Assembly (NCBI GenBank): GCA_035710445.1
Contig: DASTDH010000409.1
Span: forward strand, 1 to 45,022
DNA length: 45,022 nucleotides
Source of the DNA: Chthoniobacterales bacterium
GTDB lineage: Bacteria; Verrucomicrobiota; Verrucomicrobiia; Chthoniobacterales; JAFAMB01
Direction of reading: 5' to 3'
The position numbers were made by a program, and so were the translations under genes. Below the pieces are notes generated by a model that saw only the letters and a program-made list of their open reading frames with translations, ran no database searches and had not been told where the DNA came from. This document shows, piece by piece, positions 25,501-33,215 of this stretch; position 1 is the stretch's first letter; every line of letters begins with the position of its first letter.

Positions 25501-26487
25501 ATGCCAAAGATCGTTCGTTTCCACGCGGTCGGGGATGCCAGTGTATTGCGACTGGAAGAGTTACCGAAACCAGAACCAAAAGAAGGCGAAGTTCTATTGA
25601 AGGTCGAAGCGATTGGATTGAACCGTGCCGAGGTCATGTTCCGTTCGGGTCAATACCTGGATCAACCAAGCTTTCCCTCATTGATCGGCTACGAAGCAGC
25701 CGGAATTGTTGAGGCTGTCGGACCAGGAGTAAGCGGGCTCAAACCGGGCGATCGAGTCAGTTCGATTCCTGCATTCCGGATGACGGAATACGGTACCTAC
25801 GGTGAATATGTCGTTTTGCCGGCGTACGCACTGTCCCGCTACCCGGGCAATCTCTCACCGGTGGAAGGCACATCGATCTGGATGCAGTACATCACCGCTT
25901 ACGGGTTGCTGGAATTTGGCGGGTTGAAAAAGGGCCAGCATCTACTGATTACCGCCGCCGCCAGCAGCGTCGGATTGGCGGCAATCCAGACCGCCAAGGC
26001 AGTTGGCGCCATTTCGATTGCCACAACGCGCAACAAAGCTAAGGCTTCTGCTCTGTCAGATGCCGGAGCTGACTTTGTCATCAACACCAAGAGCGAAGAT
26101 CTCATCATGCGAGTTCGCGAGATTACCGATGGAAAGGGATTTGCACTCGCTTTCGATCCGGTGGCTGGTCCCGGTCTTGAGACGCTGGCGAAAGCTGCCG
26201 GCAAAGCCGCGATGATCATCGAATATGGCGCTCTGGCCCCCGAACCGACTCCTTATCCCTTATTCGCAGCGATCGGCAAAGGGCTGACGATTCGGGGATA
26301 CACGCTACTCGAAATCAACGCGGACCCGGAACGTCAGGGTCGGGCGAAAAAGTTCATTATCGACAAACTGGCTGACGGCACTTTCAAACCGCTTATCGCC
26401 AAAACTTTTAAGCTCGACGAAATCGTCCTGGCGCATCGTTATATGGAATCAAACGAACAAATTGGAAAGATCGTCGTCACTGTCTAG
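25501..26487 (+). CDS. NADPH:quinone oxidoreductase / zeta-crystallin-like MDR-family dehydrogenase
   Basis: ATG at 25501 gives MPKIVRFHAVGDASVLRLEELPKPEPKEGEVLLKVEAIGLNRAEVMFRSGQY, with nucleotide-binding AAASSVGLAAIQ. Confidence 0.85.
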   Translation: MPKIVRFHAVGDASVLRLEELPKPEPKEGEVLLKVEAIGLNRAEVMFRSGQYLDQPSFPSLIGYEAAGIVEAVGPGVSGLKPGDRVSSIPAFRMTEYGTYGEYVVLPAYALSRYPGNLSPVEGTSIWMQYITAYGLLEFGGLKKGQHLLITAAASSVGLAAIQTAKAVGAISIATTRNKAKASALSDAGADFVINTKSEDLIMRVREITDGKGFALAFDPVAGPGLETLAKAAGKAAMIIEYGALAPEPTPYPLFAAIGKGLTIRGYTLLEINADPERQGRAKKFIIDKLADGTFKPLIAKTFKLDEIVLAHRYMESNEQIGKIVVTV

Positions 26488-27547
26488 AAGCTGCGCTCGT
26501 CCTTGGTTAGTGTTGGCTGCCGGTTTGATCTGGCTGGCGCCATCGCTTCAAGGCGAGTTCGTTTACGTCGCCAACGGTGGGGGCAGCAACAATGTCTCGG
26601 CTTACCAGATCGGTTTGAGCGGAAATCTGACGGCCGTTTCCGGCTCACCGTTCGCCGCCAGGAACCTGCCTTCGTCCGTGGTAGTCAATCCCAGCGGCGA
26701 GTTCGCCTATGTCGTAAATGAAAGCAGCAGCGATGTCTCGGGGTACAAGATCGCTTCGAATGGAGCATTAACACCAGTGCCCGGCTCGCCTTTCGCGGTG
26801 GGAAGCGATCCCCATCAAATGGTGATAGAACCTGCCGGGAAATTTGCCTACGTCGCGAATGCGGTCGACAACAATGTCTCCGCGTTTCGCATCAGTCCGG
26901 ACGGTAGGCTGACCGCAATCACGGGTTCGCCATTTGACGCAGGAAATTTTCCCCGCTCTTTAGCCGCCGACTCCGCCGCCAAATTCATCTATGTGGCCAA
27001 TGAGGTCGGCAATAATGTCTCGGTTTACCGAATCCGTTCGGATGGCCGCTTGACCCCGGGCCCAGGCTCACCTTTCCGCACCGGGATCGGACCTTTCGCT
27101 GTGGCGGTGGATCGCACCAGTAAGTTTGTCTACGTCGTCAATGAGGGCAGCAATAACGTCTCTGCTTTTCAGATCGAACTCGACGGCTCCCTGGTCACCA
27201 TCGCCGGTTCGCCTTTTCCTGCCGAGACCGAACCAGTTTCGGTGGCGATACATCCTAGCGGCAAATTCCTCTATGTGACAAATCAGGTTAGCAATTGCGT
27301 TTCGGCTTACCGCATCGGTATCGACGGAGCGTTAGCGCCGGTTCCAGGTTCACCGTTCCCAGCCGGAACCGAGCCGGTTTCCATAGCAATCGAACCCACC
27401 GGCAAATTCGCCTATGTAGCGAATAAGTTCAGTCATAACGTTTCTGGTTACCTGGTCGATGAAAATGGCGTATTGACACCGGTAGCCGATTCCCCGTTCC
27501 CGGCCGAATCAGGACCCGACTCGGTGGCTATCAGCCGAACAAAATAG
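26462..27547 (+). CDS. secreted 7-bladed beta-propeller, lactonase-like (YNCB/6-phosphogluconolactonase-fold) protein
   Basis: It contains seven very regular repeats of about 47 aa, of the form (K/E)F.YV.N...NNVS.Y.I...G.L....GSPF. The N-terminus is signal-like (RSCARPWLVLAAGLIWLAPSLQG). The TTG start overlaps the preceding gene by 26 nt. Confidence 0.75.
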   Translation: MERSSSLSRSCARPWLVLAAGLIWLAPSLQGEFVYVANGGGSNNVSAYQIGLSGNLTAVSGSPFAARNLPSSVVVNPSGEFAYVVNESSSDVSGYKIASNGALTPVPGSPFAVGSDPHQMVIEPAGKFAYVANAVDNNVSAFRISPDGRLTAITGSPFDAGNFPRSLAADSAAKFIYVANEVGNNVSVYRIRSDGRLTPGPGSPFRTGIGPFAVAVDRTSKFVYVVNEGSNNVSAFQIELDGSLVTIAGSPFPAETEPVSVAIHPSGKFLYVTNQVSNCVSAYRIGIDGALAPVPGSPFPAGTEPVSIAIEPTGKFAYVANKFSHNVSGYLVDENGVLTPVADSPFPAESGPDSVAISRTK

Positions 27548-27657
27548 TGTGGCCGCGTCCGCAGAATCGGGCAAAAATTGCGCCTATCACCCGGAGCGCA
27601 CCGGAGTCCGACTTGCGCCTTTAAGCCAATCGTTGGATCCTGCCTCGGAATCTGGGT

Positions 27658-28155
27658 TTATTTGGAGGGTTGTTCTTCCGAGACCGCGCCCGTTTTCTTT
27701 TTCTCTTTCCATTTTTCGACCAGAAGATCCTGATGGTCCTCTTCCGCATCTGCCAATTCACCGACCAGCTTGCGGATCTCGGCCGATTTTACCTTGTTAA
27801 ATGCGTCGCGATAAAAGCGTCTGGTGTCTGCTTCCATTGCCATGACTTCGCCGATCACCCGTCGCGGTCGCAGCATCCGGTTCAGCCAAATCGGTTTTCG
27901 TTTTGTAAATCCCTTAACATCATGTCTCCGGACGAGAGGTATGTGATCGCCAAACCTGAGCTGATATAGTTCCGCCAATCGTTGATGATGGGAGGATTCT
28001 TCCTCATGCATGGATTGTAGAACTGAAGCGATCTCAGGATTCTTTTCCTTTAATCTTTCCGCAAAATCTCGATAGATTCGGCTATCCTCTTCCTCCAGGG
28101 AGATGGCCAAAGCGAGAATTTCGCGCTCGTCGAGGTCGGCAAATGATTTAGGCAT
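27658..28155 (-). CDS. ferritin-like / rubrerythrin-family protein
   Basis: ATG at 28155 gives two E-x-x-H-containing helices (LEEEDSRIY...HEEESSHH and MEADTRRFY...AEEDHQ). The C-terminal tail is Lys-rich. Confidence 0.65.
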   Translation of the reverse strand: MPKSFADLDEREILALAISLEEEDSRIYRDFAERLKEKNPEIASVLQSMHEEESSHHQRLAELYQLRFGDHIPLVRRHDVKGFTKRKPIWLNRMLRPRRVIGEVMAMEADTRRFYRDAFNKVKSAEIRKLVGELADAEEDHQDLLVEKWKEKKKTGAVSEEQPSK

Positions 28156-28418
28156 AAATCGTTTAGTGCTTCGGTGGGAACCTAACGAATACTCGGGACA
28201 AAGAGAGTTCAGTTTAGGAGCGAACGCTGCAAATTGGAAGACCGCTGTGGGATATCGCAGCCGGAAAAACGCGGACGGACCCCTCTCGAGAGACACTGTT
28301 ACGTATTTTGCGAGAAACTGCACATTTGCGATCGGTCACTTTACTTTTTGCACTTCTGAAAATTCCAGAAGATCATCGATCACGATAGTGAACGAATATC
28401 TCTCCATTATTGATACCG

Positions 28419-29402
28419 ATGAAATACCGTAAACTTGGCAAAACCGGATTTGACGTTTCTGAAGTAAGTTTGGGCACCTGGCAGATTGGGGCATCATGGG
28501 GCTCCGTCTCCGAGAAGGACGCCATCGGGCTACTGCATGCCGCGATCGACAATGGGATCAATTTCTTTGATACGGCCGATGTTTATGGCGACGGCCGAAG
28601 CGAGCGGCTGATTGCTGGCGTGCTGAGCGAGCGCCGCGAAAAAGTGTACGTTGCTACCAAAGCGGGCCGCCGGCTTCAACCCCACACGGCAGAGGGGTAT
28701 AACCGGGAGAACCTCACTGCCTTTGTCGAGCGAAGCTTGACGAATCTAAAGCGCGAAACGCTCGATCTAGTACAACTCCATTGTCCGCCGACAGATGTTT
28801 ACTATCGTCCCGAAGTCTTCGAAGCACTCGATTCACTCAAGCGGGCCGGTAAAATATTGCATTACGGCGTCAGCGTGGAAAAGATTGAAGAAGCGATCAA
28901 GGCCACCGAGTTTCCCGGCATAGCCAGCGTTCAAATCATCTTCAACATTTTCCGGCAACGACCCAGGGAATTCTTTTTCCCGCTGGCGCAAAAGCGCGAT
29001 GTCGGGATCCTTGTTCGGCTCCCCCTCGCGAGCGGTTTGCTTGGCGGCAAGATAACCAGGGAAACCCAGTTTGCTGCCGATGATCATCGGGCTTACAACC
29101 GGCACGGTGAACAATTTGATCGCGGTGAAACCTTTTCCGGGGTCGACCTCGATGTGGCTCTGGATGCCGTTGAGAAAGTGCGTCAAGTTGTTCCCCCCAA
29201 TATGAATATGGCCAGTTTCGCGTTACGCTGGATTCTCGAGTTTCCCGAAGTGAGCTGCGTAATCCCAGGAGCGAGGAACCAACATCAAGTACTTGAGAAT
29301 ATCAAAGCCGCGCAGTTACCGGCACTAACGTCTGGGCAAATGGACGCGCTCGAGCGCATTTACGACGACCAGATTCGGCCACTGGTTCATCAGCGCTGGT
29401 AG
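28419..29402 (+). CDS. aldo/keto reductase
   Basis: The sequence reads MKYRKLGKTGFDVSEVSLGTWQIG...INFFDTADVYGDGRSE...LVQLHCPP...YGVS. Confidence 0.88.
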   Translation: MKYRKLGKTGFDVSEVSLGTWQIGASWGSVSEKDAIGLLHAAIDNGINFFDTADVYGDGRSERLIAGVLSERREKVYVATKAGRRLQPHTAEGYNRENLTAFVERSLTNLKRETLDLVQLHCPPTDVYYRPEVFEALDSLKRAGKILHYGVSVEKIEEAIKATEFPGIASVQIIFNIFRQRPREFFFPLAQKRDVGILVRLPLASGLLGGKITRETQFAADDHRAYNRHGEQFDRGETFSGVDLDVALDAVEKVRQVVPPNMNMASFALRWILEFPEVSCVIPGARNQHQVLENIKAAQLPALTSGQMDALERIYDDQIRPLVHQRW

Positions 29403-29405
29403 TCC

Positions 29406-29435
29406 GAGGTAGGGCGGTCCGTCCCGGACCGCCGG
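29406..29435 (+). repeat. repeat family R1, copy d; forms a perfect 9-bp stem with a 3-nt loop
   Basis: The sequence is gaggtagggcggtccgtcccggaccgccgg. The stem GGCGGTCCG (29413-21) / CGGACCGCC (29425-33) starts 11 nt after the AKR stop codon. Confidence 0.75.
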
Positions 29436-29593
29436 ACATCGATTTACTATCACCGGATCGAGCTTCAGAAATGAGCGTGCGTAAATTGCCGGCGATGATT
29501 TTCTACCCGACGAAGTGCGACCTGGCCTTGGATCCAACGGTCGCGGAGCGACACCTACCTCGTGAGGCGACCAAATTGCAGTAGCCAAAAGAG

Positions 29594-30127
29594 ATGGTCT
29601 CCAACCTTCCTGATCAGTATTTTCGCCGTATCGAGTCCATTCATCAGGCGCTGCAGATTCCATCGAACTACGGCGCACTTCGAAACCTTACGCCATACCT
29701 GGAAGCATCCGATCTTGTTCCGGTCGAGGGATACGAACGGCAACATTATCTTGCCCCCTACGCTGCACGCCAATGGCACGCCATGAAGAGCGCTGCAGCT
29801 CAGGACGAGATTGAGCTCTGGGTCATCTCCGGCTTTCGCAGCGTCGATCGTCAAACCGAGATCATTGAAGGCAAGCTCACCCAGCGGATGGCCCTGCATG
29901 CCATTCTTGCGGTAATCGCTGCTCCTGGTTTCAGCCAGCATCACACCGGCCTGGCTATCGACATCGGAACACCAGACCATACGGCCTTGACTGAAGACTT
30001 CGAAAACTCCGCGGCATTCCGCTGGCTCACTTCCTATGCCGAAAAATTCGGGTTCGTGATGCCTTGTACCCGCGATAACCCGTACGGATTTATCTATGAA
30101 CCGTGGCATTGGGTACTCGCGAGATAG
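29594..30127 (+). CDS. M15-family zinc D-Ala-D-Ala carboxypeptidase-like peptidase (VanY/LdcB-type)
   Basis: The motifs SGFRSVDRQ, APGFSQHHTGLAIDI and YEPWHW match the H-x6-D ... H metal and active-site pattern of peptidase M15B. No signal peptide is evident. Confidence 0.8.
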   Translation: MVSNLPDQYFRRIESIHQALQIPSNYGALRNLTPYLEASDLVPVEGYERQHYLAPYAARQWHAMKSAAAQDEIELWVISGFRSVDRQTEIIEGKLTQRMALHAILAVIAAPGFSQHHTGLAIDIGTPDHTALTEDFENSAAFRWLTSYAEKFGFVMPCTRDNPYGFIYEPWHWVLAR

Positions 30128-30148
30128 CCGATAGCCGATAACCAATAG
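30125..30148 (+). repeat. heptad stop-triplet array H2: TAGCCGA TAGCCGA TAACCAA TAG
   Basis: It starts at the M15 peptidase stop codon. Stops occur at 30125, 30132, 30139 and 30146, with an exact 7-nt period. Confidence 0.65.
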
Positions 30149-30269
30149 GCGAACCGGACCACCCTCACTCTCCAGGAACGCGCACTTGAGATTGCCTACA
30201 GAGGCCCGGTCGCAATTTCTGGTAGCGGCGACTAGCCCGTCAGACATAGTCCGGTTTTCTCAGGTTGTC

Positions 30270-30500
30270 GGTTGTTTCGCCCGGACGACGTCGGATCCCG
30301 CGAAGCAGCCCGGTTTTGTTCAGTTGAAGGATCGAACGGAGCGACTGGTTCTGAGCGGCCGTCAAAACTCGTCGCCTTTATATCGCCGCGTTTAGGCGGT
30401 AAGCATGCCTCAATCAACCATGTATTGCTGGATTCGCGGACCGAGCGATGGCGACTGCGTTTTGAGGCGGCATGACGCGGGCAGCTCCGGACCGCATTTT
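30270..30500 (+). repeat. repeat family R2, copy in opposite orientation to 16150-16390
   Basis: ggacgacgtcggatcccgcgaagc (30283-30306) is the exact reverse complement of 16334-57. acggagcgactggttc, ggtaagc and gagcgatggcgactgcg (30443-59) are shared with the other copies. Confidence 0.7.
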
Positions 30501-30567
30501 TGGACTGCGCCAACGCCTGAGGTTGTGTGTTCCTGTCCCCTGCAACCAGCAACGCTGTTTAATTTGC

Positions 30568-30603
30568 TAATCACTAATCACCAATCACCGGGTCACCTCT
30601 CAC
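30568..30603 (-). repeat. heptad stop-triplet array H3 (minus strand: GGTGAGA GGTGACCC GGTGATT GGTGATT AGTGATT)
   Basis: On the plus strand, TCA occurs at 30600, 30593 (the genuine stop of the dehydrogenase gene), 30585, 30578 and 30571. Confidence 0.65.
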
Positions 30604-32026
30604 CCTCCCCCACATCATCCTTCGTAAAGCGTCCGTTGATCTGCCGCCAGATCCCCAGCTTATTCGCGTTGCGCAGTTCTACGGGCAACAAGTTCTCAGC
30701 AAAATTTTGGAAACATACCGGTCGCGTGAACCGGTGGATTGCTGCTGTCCCAACCGAAGTGAAACGAGAATCCGTTGTCGCCGGATAGGGTCCACCATGT
30801 TGCATCGACGGGCAGACCTCGACTCCCGTAGGGTAACCATTAAGAATTACGCGCCCTGCTCTCCCAGCAAACGCTTCCAGAAATGCTCTGCTTGATTCCT
30901 CTTCGTCCGGCGTGAGATGCACCGTTGCAGTCAGTTGTCCCGGCAAAGATTTGATCGTCTTTAACACTTCTTCTTCATCCGTGCATTCCACTAGCAATGT
31001 GGCCGGACCGAAAATCTCTTCCTGTAGCACTTGGTTCTCCCGAAATTCTTTGGCGGTTGCTCTCAATAGATGAGCGGCCCGGCTTACCCGCACATGGGAC
31101 TGCGTCTTTCGGAGTGAGTCGGCCAATCGTTCCTCGATGCCACGGTATAACATTGGCGCTGATTCTACTTTGGCGAGTGCATCCCCAAGTGCGCTGCTCA
31201 ACTCTTCAAAGTCCGCTCCGCGCAGACCTAGAATTAGCCCCGGTTTGGTGCAGAATTGACCAACACCGAGTGTCACTGAACCAGCCAAACCTTTTACGAT
31301 CTCTGCCCGGCGTTCTCGCAATGCTTCCGGCATAATCAACACAGGATTGAGAGAGCTCATTTCAGCAAAAACTGGAATCGGCTCCGGCCGACCGGCTGCG
31401 AGATCGAACAAGGAACGTCCAGCCTGAGTGGACCCTGTAAACCCGACGGCGCGAATCACCGGATGGGTCACCAACTGCTTGCCCGCCTCGATAGAGGTAT
31501 CGGTCACCAGATGAAACATGGCCTTGGGCATTCCAGTGTCTACTATTGCACGCACAATTGCGTCCCCGACCAAAACCGAGGTGCGTGGATGAGCCGGATG
31601 AGGTTTCACTGCGACCGCACAACCCGCGGCAAAAGCCGAAGCCGTATCGCCGCCTGCCACGGAGAAAGCCAACGGGAAATTGCTGGCGCTGAATACCGCA
31701 ACCGGTCCGAGCGGCCGGAGCACCCGCCGAATGTCTGGCTTAGGAATGGGCTTGCGCGCGGGCAGAGCGGTATCGATACGCGCGTCGACCCATGATCCTT
31801 CCTCGATCAAGCCGGCGAACATCGTAAGCTGATTGACCGTGCGCGTTCGCTCTCCCCGCAGGCGATCAACCCCGAGCTTAGATTCCTCATGGCAAACTTG
31901 AATCAATTCGTCGCCAAGCTTCTCGATGTGTTCTCCGACCCGACGAAGAAACGATGCGCGTTCTTTGGCGCCGGGGGCGCGAAAGCCGCCGAGACCATCC
32001 AGATGAGCAGATAAAGAATCACTCAT
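30593..32026 (-). CDS. alpha-ketoglutarate semialdehyde dehydrogenase (aldehyde dehydrogenase family; XylA/AraE-like)
   Basis: ATG at 32026. The motifs GPVAVFSASNFPLAFSVAGGDTASAFAAGCAVAVKPHPAHP, VGFTGS and EMSSLNPV...GQFCTKPG are typical of the KGSADH subgroup. It lies downstream of the pentonate dehydratase and FAH genes. Confidence 0.8.
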   Translation of the reverse strand: MSDSLSAHLDGLGGFRAPGAKERASFLRRVGEHIEKLGDELIQVCHEESKLGVDRLRGERTRTVNQLTMFAGLIEEGSWVDARIDTALPARKPIPKPDIRRVLRPLGPVAVFSASNFPLAFSVAGGDTASAFAAGCAVAVKPHPAHPRTSVLVGDAIVRAIVDTGMPKAMFHLVTDTSIEAGKQLVTHPVIRAVGFTGSTQAGRSLFDLAAGRPEPIPVFAEMSSLNPVLIMPEALRERRAEIVKGLAGSVTLGVGQFCTKPGLILGLRGADFEELSSALGDALAKVESAPMLYRGIEERLADSLRKTQSHVRVSRAAHLLRATAKEFRENQVLQEEIFGPATLLVECTDEEEVLKTIKSLPGQLTATVHLTPDEEESSRAFLEAFAGRAGRVILNGYPTGVEVCPSMQHGGPYPATTDSRFTSVGTAAIHRFTRPVCFQNFAENLLPVELRNANKLGIWRQINGRFTKDDVGEGER

Positions 32027-32081
32027 AGCCAATCCTTGCACAGAAGATCGCAGAGACCACAAAGAACCACTAATAGACACA

Positions 32082-32181
32082 CAGAAATTTAAACCGCGAA
32101 TGAACACTAATAGAAGAACCGGAGTTGAATGCGGTCCCTTTATTCGTGTCTATTCGCGCGCATTCGTGGTCTAAATTTCTG
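32082..32181. repeat. 21-bp inverted repeat (19/21) in the FAH-to-dehydrogenase spacer
   Basis: cagaaatttaaaccgcgaatg (32082-32102) pairs with cattcgtggtctaaatttctg (32161-32181). The 58-nt loop contains tandem 10-mers TATTCGTGTC and TATTCGCGCG (32141-32160), and a third unit, CATTCGTGGT (32161-32170), opens the right arm. Confidence 0.75.
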
Positions 32182-32198
32182 CCTCCGTTCGTGGTTGT

Positions 32199-33026
32199 TC
32201 AGGCGACTTCGTTTGTCAGTTCACCGATGGGTGCGGCCGCGATCCTGACCAAATCTCCCGATAACAATGTGAAGTCATTCGGTGGAACGATGCCAGTACC
32301 GGTAAATAGAAAAGCACCGACCGGAAAATCGAGTTCGCGAAACAAATATTCGACTAGTTCGCTGAACGGGCGGCGAATGCGCGACAGCGCTACACTGCCT
32401 TGGAAGAGGGGTTTGCCGGAGCGCTCGATTACCAACGTCATTTCAACGTTCAAATCAAGCGGTCGGTCGATTACCAGTATGGCGGGGCCCAGCGCGCAAC
32501 TGCCGTCGTACACTTTCGCTTGCGGCAGATACAACGGATTTTCGCCTTCGATATCGCGAGACGAAACATCGTTGCCCAAGGTGTATCCGATAATTTGACG
32601 ATCAGTATTGATCGCCAACACCAACTCCGGCTCAGGAACGCTCCAACGGGCATCTTTGCGAACACGAATCTTGGCATCAGGTCCAATTGCTCTCCATCCG
32701 GGCGATTTGAAGAAAAGTTCCGGGCGCTCAGCCTCATACACTTTGGAGTAAAATAACGCCGCTCCGCTTTCCTTAGATTCCTCCCGGCGCCCTTCCCGGC
32801 TTCTTTCGTAGGTCACACCGGCTGCCCAGATCTCCTGCGTACCAACTGGAGCCAGAATCTCCTCCGGAGCCGGGGGTTGCGCCGCCGCTCCTCGGCGTGA
32901 AACCTCAAGCAGATGGTCGTAAAGATTGGGCAGGTTTAAGAGCTCATCAAAATCGGTGCCGTGAACAGTGAAGAATTTGCCATCCGAGTTCAGCAGGAAA
33001 CTTTTGGTGGTGCGGTAGAGAAGCAT
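32199..33026 (-). CDS. fumarylacetoacetate-hydrolase-fold 2-keto-3-deoxy-pentonate dehydratase-like protein (XylX/KdaD-like)
   Basis: ATG at 33026, 275 aa. The FAH-family C-terminal domain pattern is present: IWAAGVTYE...YTLGNDVS.RD.EGENPLYLPQAK...G. The operon context places it between an IlvD/Edd dehydratase and KGSADH. Confidence 0.7.
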   Translation of the reverse strand: MLLYRTTKSFLLNSDGKFFTVHGTDFDELLNLPNLYDHLLEVSRRGAAAQPPAPEEILAPVGTQEIWAAGVTYERSREGRREESKESGAALFYSKVYEAERPELFFKSPGWRAIGPDAKIRVRKDARWSVPEPELVLAINTDRQIIGYTLGNDVSSRDIEGENPLYLPQAKVYDGSCALGPAILVIDRPLDLNVEMTLVIERSGKPLFQGSVALSRIRRPFSELVEYLFRELDFPVGAFLFTGTGIVPPNDFTLLSGDLVRIAAAPIGELTNEVA

Positions 33027-33027
33027 A

Positions 33028-33056
33028 GTAAGGCAGTAATCGGTAATCAGTAATGG
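33028..33056 (+). repeat. heptad array H4 (plus-strand GTAA units: GTAAGGCA GTAATCG GTAATCA GTAATGG)
   Basis: GTAA occurs at 33028, 33036, 33043 and 33050. The array ends 2 nt from the FAH start codon and is inverted relative to H5. There is a 13-bp perfect complement, 33034-46 with 33185-97. Confidence 0.65.
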
Positions 33057-33168
33057 CTCAATAATCGATGGTATTCGGCGAGCATTTTCGTACCGATGAG
33101 AACTCTGGGATCGACTGAGACACCCGGTCAAACAATTAGAAGCAGCTTCCTCGAGCTGCGGCACCATT

Positions 33169-33215
33169 CTCTACCGATTACCGTTTACCGATTACTGATT
33201 ACTGATTAGTGGCTA
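33169..33215 (-). repeat. heptad stop-triplet array H5 (minus strand: TAG CCA CTAATCA GTAATCA GTAATCG GTAAACG GTAATCG GTAGAG)
   Basis: On the plus strand, CTA/TTA units start at 33171, 33178, 33185, 33192, 33199, 33206 and 33213. This is a strict 7-nt period, and the last unit is the genuine stop of the dehydratase gene. Confidence 0.75.

Noticed and set aside
29555-30247. 230-aa minus-strand ORF overlapping the M15 peptidase gene
   Set aside because: The plus-strand frame carries the complete M15 catalytic signature. The antisense frame has no family features.
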